Source: Hyaloraphidium curvatum SAG 235-1 (Eukaryota; Fungi; Monoblepharomycota). Taken from it: DNA of 64,000 bases. A program made the translations under genes and the position numbers. Below are positions 13,173-31,807 of the stretch, piece after piece (position 1 is the stretch's first letter; the number at the start of each line of letters is the position of its first letter). The notes below the pieces were generated by a model, which was not told where the DNA came from, searched no databases, and saw nothing but the letters and a program-made list of their open reading frames with translations. The stretch spans positions 682,001 through 746,000 of the forward strand of contig JAIVFI010000003.1 in the NCBI GenBank assembly GCA_025558095.1. The letters are read 5' to 3'.

Positions 13173-15067
13173 TTATTTCGCGCTTTGTCTCTCCTTCACG
13201 AGTAGTAATGGATCCGCGCCTGGGGAAACTCCGCCGCTACCTGCCCGATCCGCCCCCGGGGAACCTCCGCTGCTTCCTGCCTGTTCCGCCGCCAACCGCT
13301 GCCTCTCCTGCTCTGCCGCATGCTCCGCGCGGCGCCTCTCCGCATCCCAGATCATCTGCCACGTCTCGTTGGTCCGCAGCGCGTTCTCCCGCGCAATGAT
13401 CCAGGTAACTACTGGCATCGGCAGCAAATAAAAGACCCACTTGATTTGCTCCGGTTGCTCCACGAACCACCGCACAGGGGGCAGGGTCATCGCGGCCGCC
13501 CCCACGGCGCTTTTGGCCGCCACCGCGGCCGCATACCCCGCCCGCACGGCACCCGCCATCGCCCACGCGATCTGCTTGAGCAACCACAGGTGTGCAGCGA
13601 GGATCGGCACTCCCACGCCCCAGAACAGCGCCAGCAGAACGAGCACCACGGGCAGCGCCACCGCCGCGGCAGCCGCCAGCCCGTTCCATCGTTCCCACGC
13701 CGACCGGTCCCTCTTGGCGTCGGGGTCCCGCTCGGCGTACCAAACCGCGAGCTTCGCCATGCCCTCCCTGCTACCGAACGCGGGCTCGTAGCCGAGGTCC
13801 AGCCGCGCGCGGTCGGTGCGGAACCAGTGGTTCTGGCCCGACTTGACGACCTCGGCGCGGGTGAGGAAGGGGCCGCCGAGGCGGCCGCCGTGCAGGTTGC
13901 AGAAGAGCTCGTTGAGGTACCCGAAGCCAATCATGAAGGGCAGCGGGATGCAGACGAGAGAGGGGAACGGGTATTTGTAGAGTTCGAACTGTGGGGGCTG
14001 GTCAGTGAGACATGCCGGGCACAATCGCGCATGACACCCACGAAAGGCCGCAGGAGCTCAAACTGGTTGGTGGGCTCGTTGTCGCTGACAAAGTACTTGC
14101 GGCCCAGCACCCTGCGGTAGGGGTACGCGTCCGCCTCGCCGCGCAGGTCCGCCTCCAGCTCTTGGCCCAGCCGATCGGCCGCGAGCATCTCGCACATGGC
14201 GAGGTTGCGAACGTGCACCCAGTCAACACGGTTCTTTGGCGAGCCGAAGCTGAACACGACCAGGCCCGACTTGATCTTGCCCAGGATGCGGGGGAAGTGG
14301 CGCTCCTCGCCCTCACCATAGATGGCGCACGGGCGGACGGCGCAGGCGCGGAGCTTCTTCCCGGCGCCGTCGTCCCCGACGGCCTCCTTCAGGAACTCCT
14401 GCCCGCACGCCACCTCGAGCACGTAGGACTCAGCCGCTGTCTTGCTCTTGGAGTACTCCTCGGTGTGGCCCGCGATCGGGAAGTAGGGCATCATCTCGTC
14501 CGCGCCCTCGACGACCTGCCCACCGAAGCACACGTTGACCGACGAGGTGTAGACCAGCACGGGCACGCGGCCGCGTAGGCAGCCGCGGACGACGTTCTTT
14601 GTGCCGCCGAGGTTCACCGCCCAGATTCGCGGCGCGTTGAGCATGTCCAGGCCGCTCATGCCGTACGATGCCACGTGGAACACCGCTTGCGCCCCGGCGA
14701 GCGCCGCCTCGACGTCGTCCTCGTTCGTCACGTCCGTTTTGACAAAGGTCAGGCGGCCGTCAGCCTTGGCCCGCGCCGCCTCGTCGTCGCGGCCGTCCCA
14801 CGTGATCGGCTCGCGCAAATCCAGCAGTCTGACGGCACGGCAGCCTGCAACGGCCAGCAGATCCAGCGCCAGCGTTTTACCGACGATGCCGGCGCCGCCA
14901 GTAACCGCGGCGACCCTGCCGCGCAGCCATTCGAAGGTTTTGGGCGGGGCAGGTTTCGCCGCCTCCTCGGGCGTGTCGACCCAGAGCGGTGGCGCCTTTG
15001 CCCAGTCGGGCACGGCGTTGATCCCCGCTACAGGACGCTCAGCCGGGTCAAATGCGAGTGGATGCAT
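13173..15067 (-). CDS. 3-beta-hydroxysteroid dehydrogenase family extended SDR (SDR42E1/NSDHL-like) with C-terminal membrane segments
   Basis: VTGGAGIVG NAD-binding motif, VFHVASYGMSG, LVYTSSVNV, catalytic YSKSK, RPCAIYGEGEERHFPRI, LTRAEVVKSGQNHWF...ARLDLGYEP. One intron at ~13990-14030. Confidence 0.9.
13211..13281. repeat. Imperfect 36-bp tandem duplication in the 3' end of the 3-beta-HSD-like CDS
   Basis: gatccgcgcctggggaaactccgccgctacctgccc followed by gatccgcccccgggggaacctccgctgcttcctgcc; encodes AGSSGGSPGAD / AGSGGVSPGAD on the minus strand. Confidence 0.7.
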
Positions 15068-15176
15068 TGGCCGGAACGCCGGAAACTGAGCTTCTAGATG
15101 TGTGCTCTGTTTGGCCTCTCAGAATCAAGGAGCTGACCCTGCTATTGAGCCGCCGCCGTCCGCTCCACGCGTCGCC

Positions 15177-18100
15177 ATGCGCGTGCTGCGACGACTCCTC
15201 GCGGCTGCCGCGCTAATCGCGCTCGTCTGCGCGGCGCCGATTGCCGCGCGGTCGCCGCCGGTGCGGACGCGCCTGCGGACCGCGTGGCCCGCGCCGCACG
15301 TGCTGCTCGAGGCCCTGTGCGTCCGCCGCCGCACGCGCCGCACGCGCTGACACGTCACCGCCCGCCGCCCCGCAACAGCGAGTATGTCGCGTCGCAGAAC
15401 GCGTCGGCCTTCTTCCCCATGCTGGGCGCCGCCGTCGCCGCCACGCCGCTCCCCGCGGGCACCGAGGACTTGGCCGACCTCGCAGTCGCCATCGCCGAGG
15501 ACAACGCGCTGCTGGCGACGGGCGGCGCCGTCGCGCTGTTCCGCATGTCGCTGGCCCTGCACACGCACGCGCCCGCCGTGCAGGCATACTACCACCTGTA
15601 CGCGACGACCGTGGTGCCGGCCCTCAACGCGTCCAAAGCCGGCTTCGACGCGTCGTGCAGCTTCTGGGTCGCGTGGCAGGGCAGGCAGCACTGCTCGGTG
15701 GACGCGTTTCGGCAGGCGGCAAAGGGCAGGGCGAGGTGGGTACCGGCAACCGCGCCAATTCCCCGCTCATCCCTAATCGCGCCCCCGCAGCGCCTCTGCC
15801 GCCGACTCCATATACTCCTTCGACCACACGATACCGCCGGCGGCCGCCAAACCCGGAGTGGCGCCCGTCGTGGTCTACGCGGACGTGCTGGCGCCCGGCT
15901 TTGCCGAGTTTCACGCCGCGGCTGTGGCGGCTGCCGGCGACCTGGGTGCCACGTACGTGCTCCGGTACCGCCCTCCCGCGGACCACGCCGCCGGCGAGCC
16001 CCTGCTGCTGTCGGGCTACGGCGTGGAGCTATGGATCAAAAAGACCGACTACAAGGTCATTGACGACCGCAAGGTCGTCTTTCCCGGTGGGTGTTCGACT
16101 CCGCGCAAACGACCGCTCTCGAGTCTGAGCTTCCGCCGCTCTGCGCAGGCGGGGACTCGGAGGCGGACTTGGAGGCCGAGGGCGGCGAGCACGACGGGGC
16201 GACCGAGGAGGAGCTGGATCGGATCGACGAGGCGCCCGTCATCATGAAGCTGGAGGAGGACCAGATCGCCTTCCTCGGCCACCACGCCGCGGGCTACATT
16301 CTCACATCGCCGGACCCGCTGTGGTCGCTGGTCTATGTGTCGCAGAACTTCCCGCGGCTCGCGCACCTGCTCGTGGATCGGCCACCACCGGCCGACGCCT
16401 CTATGGAGATCCTGCAGACCCAGCAGGCGACCAAGGTCCAGCCCGGCTTCTCGGGCCTGTGGATCAACGGCCTGGACGTCGGGACGGACCAGACCAACCT
16501 GTTTGAGCTCCTGCGCTTCCTCCGCGCCGAGGCCCGCGTGATTGACCAGATCACATCCCTGGGCTTCGGCGCCCGCGGCGCGCTGGACCTGCTCAACACC
16601 AAGGTCGGCGGCGCCAAGTCGGGCGTGCCCTGGGGCGACTCGTACGACACGCGCGACCCCGCCGGCGCGGTGGTGTGGCTCAACGACCTGGAGAAGGACC
16701 GGCGGTACGCGTCCTGGCCGAAGAACCTGCGCGAGCTGCTCCGCCCGGGGTTCCCGAACCAGTTCAAGTTCCTGCGGCGGAACCTGTTCAGCCTCGTGGC
16801 GCTGACGGACCTGGCCAACCCGGACCACCTGGACGTGCTGGCCACGCTCTTCATCTGGATCGGGCGCGAGATCCCCATGCGGTTCGGGTTCGTACCCATC
16901 CTCAACGGCGGGCTCGAGTCCGAGTCGGCGCGCGGGGGGCTGTTTGCGCGATTCCTGGCGTCGACGTTCGGGCTCAAGGATGTCAGGGACTTTGCCCTCA
17001 AGGTAAGTCCAACCCCGCGGAACACGTTCACGGCCATAATGCCCCTTAACCAGATCCGGGAGAGGATCACGGACGACGTCACGCTGCCCAAGGGGGCGGT
17101 GAACGACGTCATCCGCGCCTACTTCGAGTCCCTCGCCGGGCGCCAGCCCAAGGCCGGTGTGGAATACGTGCCCGGCTCGGCCGACGAGGCGATCCTCTCC
17201 GCCTCCACCTCGTACGGCGACACCCTGCGCGCCTACGTGAGGCGGCTGGGCGTCTCGCCCAAGGACGGCGCGTGGTTCCTCAACGGGCGGCACGGCGAGA
17301 TCGGGGAGCAGTGGCAGGACGACGTGGTGGAGACCTACTTCCGCCAGCTGGAGCACCTACAGCGCAAGCTCTACCACGGCGAGATTGACGACTCCGTGGT
17401 GCCGTTGGACTACTTCTCGACCGTGCCGGGGGTGCTGCCGCGGAGGAACCCGTACATCTCCACGCCGACGGCGGCGAACCCGGCCAGGTTTGCCGAGCTA
17501 GACGCGCTGGATCTGGACGTCCCCTACTTGTCGGCCGGTAAATTTCGGTTCGCGGCTTGCCGGTTTCGGTCTTACTCATGCGGAATTTTCGGATCCACAG
17601 TCAAGGATGGAGACGTTTTTCCCGGCATCACAGTGTGGCTTGTCGCAGACTTTTCGAGCCAGGAATCCTGGTCTCTGCTGAGCAGTGCCCTGCACTACCT
17701 GGTGCGTCCCAACGCCCCTACGAGCGCACGGAAGCCGACCGTTCCTGCAGATCGAGGAGCCCAAGGTCAGCTGCAGACTTACGATAGTGCACGCCGTGGC
17801 CGGGCAGGCGCCGACGGCCGTGCCGGTCGTGCGGCTATTCCGGCACGCGGCGCAGCAGCAGACGGCGGGGCACGACGCCAAAGCGGCGCTGCGGGCGCTG
17901 CTGGATGCGATTCTGCTCTCGAACGTCAAGGGACAGCCCAAGAAGGAGTACTTTGTCCAGAACGCGCACCTGCTCGAGGGCCTGATGGAAGCGGACCAAG
18001 TTCCAGGACTGTTACAACCTCTGCAGGATGCCAACGGCGCCGAGCTGCGGTCGTCCCTCGGCCTCGGCGCGGGCCAGTCCGCCATCGTCGTAAACGGCAG

Positions 18101-20694
18101 GGTATGTGTGCTACACTCGGAAACCTACACCGGCGCTTATTCGGGCTCGCAGGTGTTTGGGCCTTTCCCGAGCGGTTTCGACCTCGACAAGGACGACTTT
18201 GATCTCGCCGTTTCCACGGTCTACATGACAGGGGTCCAGGGGATAATGGAAAAGGTGTCGTCGGTTCTCACGGAGGACAGCGACAATGCCAAGTGAGCCT
18301 CACCTTTTCGGATGCGATCTGCGTCGCATGTTCCTGACTTTGGACGGGCGCAGATCGGATGCGGTTCTTCGCCTCACCGCCATTCTCGGAAAGGGTGAAA
18401 GCGCCAAGGAGCTCGAATCCGGCTTCCAAAGCGCCGCTAAATCGCGGTTGGGGGTCGTCCCTGTCGCCGTACCCGGCACCCACAGGTGAGCTATCCGCCG
18501 AGGATTGCGAGTCGCGAGCCTGAACCCGCAGTGCAGCCAATTCTCCGTCGGCGACGAGGAGAACGCAATCTTCCACGTGTACGCCGTGCTCGATCCCCTC
18601 ACCAACATGGCGCAGCGGATCTCTGCCGTGCTCGAGGTCAGTGGAGGTCAGTTCCAGTCCGACGTGGCGCCTAACAGTTCACATCGGCCGCCAGTCTCTC
18701 CTCCAGCTCGACGGCCTTATCCACATCACCGTGCGGCTCAACCCTACCCGCGATCTCAAGGACTTGCCGATCAAGCGCTTCTATCGCTTCGTCGCACCCA
18801 AGGACCTCAACCCACAGGCTGCGACGGCCACCTTTGCCAAGCTCCCCGAGGACACGCTGCTCAGTTTGGATCTTGACGGTTGGTCTCTGTCCGCGGCGGC
18901 AGCGCCTGTCTGATGCGACCGTGCCCTTTCAGTTCCCAACGCGTGGCTTGCCATGCCGGTTTCTTCGGTTCACGACCTCGACAACATCAAGCTCGCGGAC
19001 CTGCCCCCGTCGGAGCGATCCAAGGGCATCGAATCCGTTTTCGAGCTCACCAAGGTCCTCGTGGAGGGCCATTGCATTGACTCCAAGTCCAGGCAGCCGC
19101 CTCGTGGCCTCCAGTTCATCCTGGGTTCCGCCAGCTACCCCAATATGGTCGACACTATCGTCATGGCGAACCTGGGTTACTTCCAGCTCAAAGCAGGGCC
19201 CGGTGTCTGGGAGCTCAGGCTGCGCGAAGGCCGTTCCAGGCGGTACTATGACGTCAACCTTGTCACGGAAGACGTGCGCGAGTTTTCTCGCTTCGCTGGC
19301 GACAAGATCCTCTCGGTGGCATCCGTGACGGTCCGAAGCTTCGAAGGTCTTACGCTGTTCGTGAAGGTAAGCCCTTTCGCGAAGCTCCCGCCCGAACCCG
19401 CTTACCCTCGGTGCTCGAACCTATCCAGGTTTCGAAGAAGCCTGGCATGGAGAAAGCGCAGCTCCTGGACGAGGATTTGGCATCCAAGGATGACGAAGGG
19501 GAAGGGAATACCGGGGGCGCGTTCGGCGCAGGACTGTGGGCCTCGATTAAGAAGGGGTAAGTCTTTCAGGGCTTGCAAGTGGCACCAACTAATGCTGTTG
19601 AGAAGTCTGGGGTTGGATCGAGGGGGTGATCGCGAGCCGTCCGACAGGGCAGCCTCCAACGAGACCACCATTAACGTCTTCTCCGTGGCATCCGGGCACT
19701 TGTACGAGCGCTTCATGTCGATCATGTTCATCGGTGTCATGCGGCACACCAAGAGCCCTGTCAAGTTCTGGCTCATCGAAAACTTCATGAGCCCCACATT
19801 CAAGGACTTCCTGCCGCATCTTGCAAAAGAGTACAACTTCCAGTACGAGCTTGTCACGTACAAGTGGCCGCATTGGCTCAGAGCCCAGACGGAGAAGCAG
19901 AGGACGATTTGGGGGTGCGATTAGCCGCCCTCGCTTCCTAGCCGCATGCTGACGCTCGCCCAGGTACAAGATTCTCTTCCTCGACGTCCTCTTCCCCCTG
20001 AGTCTCGATCGAGTCATTTTCGTGGACGCAGACCAGATTGTCCGCACGGACTTGAAGGAACTGATGGAGATGGACATCGGCGGGGCACCGTATGCGTACA
20101 CCCCCTTCTGCGACTCGCGCCAGGAAACCGAGGGATACCGATTCTGGAAGAACGGGTACTGGCTGAACCACCTCAACGGAAAACCGTACCACATCAGCGC
20201 CCTGTACCTGGTGGACCTGGCCCGCTTCAGGCAGATGGCCGCCGGCGATCGTCTTCGGGGCCAGTACCAAATGCTCAGCGCGGATCCAGAGTCTCTGGCA
20301 AACCTCGATCAGGACCTCCCAAACAATCTGGTACGGGAGCATGGAATGGTTGCCAAAACCAGTATTGACACGCCTTCTAGATCCACCAGGTTCCCATCTT
20401 CTCGCTTCCGCAGGAATGGCTCTGGTGTGAGACGTGGTGCGACGACGAATCGCTCAAGACGGCCAAGACCATTGACCTGGTACGCCGGCTGGACCACGTT
20501 CGCATTCGCTGCTAACCCCCTTGGTGCAGTGCAACAACCCCATGACCAAGGAACCGAAGCTGGATAGAGCTAAGCGCCAAATACCGGAGTGGTCGGTTTA
20601 CGACAACGAGGTTGCTGCAGTCGCGGCACGCGTTGCCGAAAGCCGGCGAAATGCTTCGCAAGCAGGAGGCGCACCACGAAGAGACGAGCTTTAG
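15177..20694 (+). CDS. UGGT: UDP-glucose:glycoprotein glucosyltransferase (GT24), multi-exon
   Basis: Signal peptide ([19 protein letters not shown]), [76 protein letters not shown] and a C-terminal ER-retention signal RDEL* (stop 20692-20694). Confidence 0.97.
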
Positions 20695-20751
20695 GCGCAG
20701 AAGACACGATACCCGCGCAACCTTTTATTGCCTCTGTCAGACTTGTACAGA

Positions 20752-23497
20752 CTACGCAGGACGCTTCGTGTACTGGGGAACTGGTCAGCACGATCGGGTC
20801 CGCGCAGAAAAAGAGCGGAGTTGCGCACCTTCAGCGGGTGAATAATGGTGCCAGACTTGACGATCACGTTCGGAACGATATTCCGCTGGTGCGCCGTGGC
20901 CGTGTTCCACTCCTTCCCCAACGGCATCCGGAGACTCGCCTCGTACTGCTCCTTTGTCTTGAAAGGGAAAGGGACGGCTTCCGTCGCATACTTCAGCGCC
21001 TTCTTCGGTTTCCGCTCGTTGATGATGACGTGCTTCAGCGCAGCGTCCTTGCGCGCGGGTTTAAGAGGCTTGACCTTTGGGTTGGTGACCGGCTTCTTCG
21101 GGCGAGCCTTGACGCCCTTTCCTCCCCACGAGCCCCAACCGGGCAGGACCCCTCCATCCTCGTCGGCGTCGCTCTCCGCGTCCAACTGGCGCTTCTCCTC
21201 CTCGAATTCGGCCGCCACGTCATCCGTCGCAAAGGCCAAGGCCATCAGCTCACGCTGCGTCATGGAACCGAGGTCCGCCACGGGCTGGAAACCATCCCCC
21301 GACTCCTCAGCTTCCGATCCATCGGCATCCAGGTCTTCGCGGGCATCCAAATCAGCGTCCTGAACAGCGTAGGCGGGCCCAGGCAGCTCTCGGTTCGGCT
21401 GTCCGCTTGCTGCAGGAGCCGCTTTCCGTTGGCGCTCGCCCTCGACTTTGGAAGTCTTCCCGTTTGGCAGAACGAGATCCATGGAAGCATCGATGATCCC
21501 GTGATCCTCGGTTTCGTCCTCTTCCGCCGCTTTCAGGGCCCGTTTCCGCTCGCGCGCTAGCCCATCGGCAGCCTTCTCCTGCCTGCCTCTGGCGGCGACA
21601 TCCTTGCCTGCTCTGCGCACAGACCGAGCAGCCGCGTCAAGCCAAGGGTTGGATCCGTCAGCGGTCCCTTTCGAGCCAGCAAAAGGGACCGCCACGGGAC
21701 CAGACATGCGAGTTGTGCTCCCCTTTCCGGCAGGTTTAAGAATCGCTGCGTCATCTGCATCCTCAGAGGCCCGCGCCACAGGCGCTTTGTTGCCGGCCTT
21801 GGCAAAGGACCGCCTGCCGCCGGAAAGCTCCTGCTCGCCAGCACCGTCCTCCTCCGCTTCCGATTCGAGAAGCTCATCTCTGACCGCATCCAGTTCTCTT
21901 CGGACGAGATCTTGTTGCTCCTTTGCCGCGCGCTGCATGAACTTGAGAGCCATCAGTCCCTTTTGAGGCACATTCTCGACAAGGTCCGACTCCAACGCGT
22001 CCAGTTCTTCCAGGGCCCTTGCACGAGCACGTTCTGTCCCTTCTTCGCCGTCAGATGCATCTTGAACGTCCCCAAGGTCCGATACCTCGTCGCTTTCGCG
22101 ATCAGAGTCCTCCTTCCCCTCGATCTTCCGCATCAAGGCCTCGTGCTTCCTGAGCTGATCCTCAACCTGTTCCCTTGTGCCTGGGCGACCGGTGGCAGCG
22201 CGGGCCCACTTGCTCGTGTTCTTGTGGCGCATCGTTGCGCGCTCTCTGGCCCGCTCCACCTCCGCCTTCTGGCGCTCTTCCGCGGCGCGCGCAGGATCGA
22301 GAAGCTCCAGCTCCCGGATACGGTTGGACGCGGCTTCCTTCTCCTTCTTGCGGATTTTTCGGTACGCTCGCGACTTGATCTTGGCCGCCTTCTTCATCTT
22401 CGCTTCCTGGAAGAACAGAAGGGAACGGAGCTTGGCCAGTTCCGCCCGCCTGGCCTTGACCTGCCGAATCGCCTTGTTTGTAACCCGACTGCGGAGCAGA
22501 GTAGGGTGCTCACCTCTTCCTCAGTGACAGCATTGAGCTCTAGCTCTTCGGCCTTGGCCAGCTCGTCTTCGCCGAGCCCAATGTCCTTTAGCGCCGCAGC
22601 CACTTCCTTCTCGAGGTCCGTCGCCGGCTTGAAATTGGACGTCAGCGCCGCACTCGTGTTGTTGTCCCTCGCGGGTTCGTTTAGAGGAAACTGCAGAACC
22701 TCTGCTTCGCGGTTCCGCTTCACGATTGGCGTCCACTTCGAGACTTCCTTCACTGCCAGCTCGCGGGCGGCCTGCCTATTCGCACGGTCCTTTGCCCTCG
22801 TGTGCAAAGGGGCCGGGAGAGGTCCTTCCTTGGCCTTGTGCTTCTCCAACTGCGCCGCCTGCTTCCGGAGAGCCGCCAGGCCCGGCAGGTGTCGGAGCGG
22901 TTCCAGCATCTCCGCCAGAGCGGGCGCCCGAGCGATAGGGAGGTTCGCGGGATCCTCCGGAAAAGGGAGCGTAACTTCGGCCTGCCTTTCACGCCGGCGC
23001 CGACCCTGCGAAGTCGGCAAGGAAGCGATGTAGGATGACAGGTCCTCGAGCCCGGCTTCCCCCTCCGACTCGTGTCCCTCCCCAGAAACAGAACCAGAGT
23101 CCACTGAGCGCAGCCCCTCCTCCGGTCCATCTTCGGCGTCTTCGGAGAACGCTTCCTCGTCGTCCGAGTCCGCCTCGCTGTCTTCTTCCGAGGCCCCCTC
23201 GGAAGCGTCCTTCCCTTCAAAGAACACCCCGAAGCGCTCCTCGTCGTCCTCGTCGAAGGCAGCGTCCTCGTCTATCTCCTCGTCGTCCTCCTGATCGATG
23301 GTCTGGGCCCCGTCTTCCTGCAGGTCGAGGCCCTCGAGATCCGCACGCTGCTGGAGCCTCCTCTCGGACCGTTCGTCGGCGTCCGCGTCCTCGTAAACGC
23401 CAACTGCCGACCGCCGCTTCGCGCCACGAGTCGGACGCGACGCATTCGGCCGCTTTCGCTTGCCGATGGTCGGCCGGCCCACGGTCTGCCGGGCCAT
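20752..23497 (-). CDS. UTP14: U3 snoRNA-associated protein 14 (SSU processome), multi-exon
   Basis: KEVSKWTPIVKRNREAEVLQFPL, KIKSRAYRKIRKK, ERATMRHKNTSKWAR, LPGWGSWGG, VPFPFKTKEQYEASLRMPLGKEWN. The last exon YTKRPA* follows a short intron. Confidence 0.95.
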
Positions 23498-23571
23498 CTT
23501 CTTTGCGGGACTTCTATGTCGATCAACAAGCCGTGACCGTAAACAAAGCGACGCCCACTCTCTCTTCCCCA
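23498..23571. promoter_or_regulatory. 74-bp bidirectional promoter between UTP14 and PWP2, containing a forkhead-type GTAAACA site
   Basis: Divergent ATGs at 23497 and 23572; CGTAAACAAA at 23538-23547. Confidence 0.6.
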
Positions 23572-29190
<5,619 letters not shown>

Positions 29191-29307
29191 GAATAAAGAC
29201 AGTGCTGCTGGCGAGAGAAAATGTCTCCCGGAAGCGGACGTGAGATCGGAAAGACTCAATTAAACCATACAAGACAAAGGGAGACCGTCGGCGATCCAGA
29301 TCTGGCC

Positions 29308-31465
29308 TCACGAGCCTACCCTATTCAGGGGCGGCATGGCCAACTGCGGCATGTCGCTCGGCTTCGGCGCGGCCGTCTCTGAAGCGGGCTTCACAGGCGC
29401 CTGCGAAGCAGCCGCCGAAGCGCTCGCTGCGTACTGCTGAACAGAAGCAGGTCCGTTAGGCAGTGGCGAAGACTGCGTCGCCGCCGGGGCCACCGATGCA
29501 GGGTTCAACGGTGATGCAGCCGACCGATGCTGCATCGAGACGGGCGAGCCGTCCCGCGGACCCTCTGGGGTCCCAGCTCGGACAGCTCCGGCCACGAGCG
29601 GCTTCATCCTCCACCGGCCGAATCCCCTCTCCTGGTTGGCCATGAATGCCGCGCCATTCCGAGCGTAAAACATGACCCTCTTCAGGCGCAAGGCTTCGTG
29701 GTACAGTTCCAAAGTCGGCCGATTCTGGAGCAACCCGCTCTTCACGTGCCGGAGGAAGTTGTAGAAGTCGCACGTGGAGACGAGGCGATCCCGGCATACA
29801 CCACATAGTGGCGACCAAAGGTCCTGGTCCGAGAGGCGAAACTGGAAACGGCAAGAACCGCCAGTCGGGGTGAAGTTGCCGCACGCCTGGCACTGGTTCG
29901 GCGGCCCGACACCAGGCAGTCCCGAGAGTCGTTCCCACACGCTCTTTTCCCGAATCTGCTGCCTTCCAGCAGCACCCGTCGACGATCCTCCGAGGCCCGC
30001 GTAAGAAATCGTGGCCGAAAGCAGGGATTCAGACGAAGATCGGGGGGGCGGAGCCTGCACCATCAGCGGTCCCGAGACGCCGGTGGCGGGGTTCGGAGAA
30101 TTGCCCGCCGACGCATTCGGCACCTCCTGCACGAAGATCTTGTTGTCCACGATGGCTTCAATGACCTTCTTAACCGAAACCTGCGGGTTGCCTCCGAAGC
30201 GCAGCGTAGGTTCGATGTCGTCCTCGAGCGCCGTCTTCATGAAGGGCAGCTTTGCGATCGCGTTCAATCGAAGTCCGGACATGGCGGCAACAAACTCGAC
30301 AAACTCGGCCACCATGACGGGATCCAGCTGCAGGTCCTCCCCGTCGTTGACCGGGTGCAGCGTGCCGTCTTCACCAGCACCGACGCGCGAATCCATCGAC
30401 TTTCTCGACGGATCGTTCGTATCAGAGTAGAAGCTGTTGCGGCTTCCGGGTTCCATGCGGCCAAGGGTGGCAGCCACGGCCGCAGCGACAGCGGGGTTCC
30501 CGTTCCCGCTGTTGATCATGTCCGAGAGCGCCTCGTCCTGCTGCTCCCGCTCCGCCATGAACTCCTGCATTTTCTTCCTCAGCTCCCGGAGCTGCTGGCT
30601 CTCGGCCTCCAACCGAAGCTTCGTTTGCTGGAGCTCCTCCTCCAATATCTTCGAAGTCTTCTCCATCTGGAACGATTTCTGCGCCTCCTTGGCGACGAGG
30701 ACGTTCGCTTCTTCGAAAAGCTGGGACGTAAGCTGCTCGAGTTCGTCCTGAACGGCTTCCTTGGAATGCTGGAGCTCGGCACGCTGGGAAAACAGGGTGT
30801 CAGGAGACGCTCCGATGTCAACGGGGCCGCCGAACAGCCTCTCCGTCCGTCAAATAATAGTCAAATCCTCCCGAGCTCGCCGCAGCTATTGCCCATTTTA
30901 CCAGGCTCCGAATGCTCACTCTTTCAATCTCATCGACCAGCTTCTCCCCCATAATCTGCAGATCCCTCTGAGTCGCCAGCAACTCAGACTGCTTGTCCGC
31001 CAAAAGCCGCTCCAAATCCTCCGCACGCTTGCGGAGCGCGCCGACGGCGTGTGCTGCCGACGCATGGAGCCGCTTTTCCTCGTCGTGCAGGGAGGTGATC
31101 TGCTGCAGCTCCGTCTCCAGGCGAGCGCGATCCTCTGTTCGGACGCGGCGATCTCACGGTTCGTAACACGTTAGATGACGCAGACCGCCGTACTCACGCG
31201 TCAGGATGGAAATCTGGGCGCGGAGGGTATCGACATCCTGCGGCAGGCTGTGGGCGGCCTCGGCGCCCTCGGAACCGTCTCCGGATACGGCGAGCGAGAT
31301 GAGACGCTGCTTCAGCCTGTCAAGCTCGGATTGCGCCTCGGAATATGTATCCGCGGGCGGCGTGAGGGGAGATGGGGTCGGCGAGGGGTCCGACGGCACC
31401 GCGAGGGACGCCGCCGGGGCCGCCGCGCCACCGCCGGCAGGCGATGCCGCCGATAGGGTAGCCAT
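29308..31465 (-). CDS. SEC2: Sec2-like Rab guanine nucleotide exchange factor, multi-exon
   Basis: Coiled coil with ELEQLTSQLFEEANVLVAKE (Sec2 GEF motif), EDDIEPTLRF and the C-terminal CxxC...CxxCRDRLVSTCDFYNFLRHV domain of fungal Sec2. Confidence 0.9.
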
Positions 31466-31807
31466 GCGATCGCAAATCCGTCCGCCGGTGTCCGCGGATC
31501 TCAAGCTGGCATTGGGTCTATCGGAAGACGGAAGCTCGTGACGGCGCCGGCGCTCTCGGCCTGTGGCAATACGGGCCGAACGCTTCCCCCTCCTCCCGCT
31601 TCGCCACGGACCGGGACAGAGGTGGCTCGGAGGTAATACATACACTCAAATGCAAATGCTACAGGATCCTGCAATGCTCGGAGCTGCGATGCTGCAGTCC
31701 GCCAATCTTGGGGCCCCCTCTCCTCGCTCTGAATCGATCGAACAGCCCGCGTGCAGACCACGGTCGTGCCCGCAGGGCCGCCGACAAAGACGCCGCTCGA
31801 AGACAGA

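Noticed and set aside
13160-13175. Stop-codon readthrough context (TAA CTA) after the 3-beta-HSD-like gene
   Set aside because: The efficient motif is TGA CTA, and the extension shows no nearby PTS1-like end; it runs antisense into CARM1.
16049-17356. Long antisense or alternate-frame ORFs (also 53868-55472, 56825-58390, 50525-51739 and many others)
   Set aside because: They are shadows of GC-rich coding sequence on the opposite strand, have no recognisable motifs, and overlap well-supported genes.
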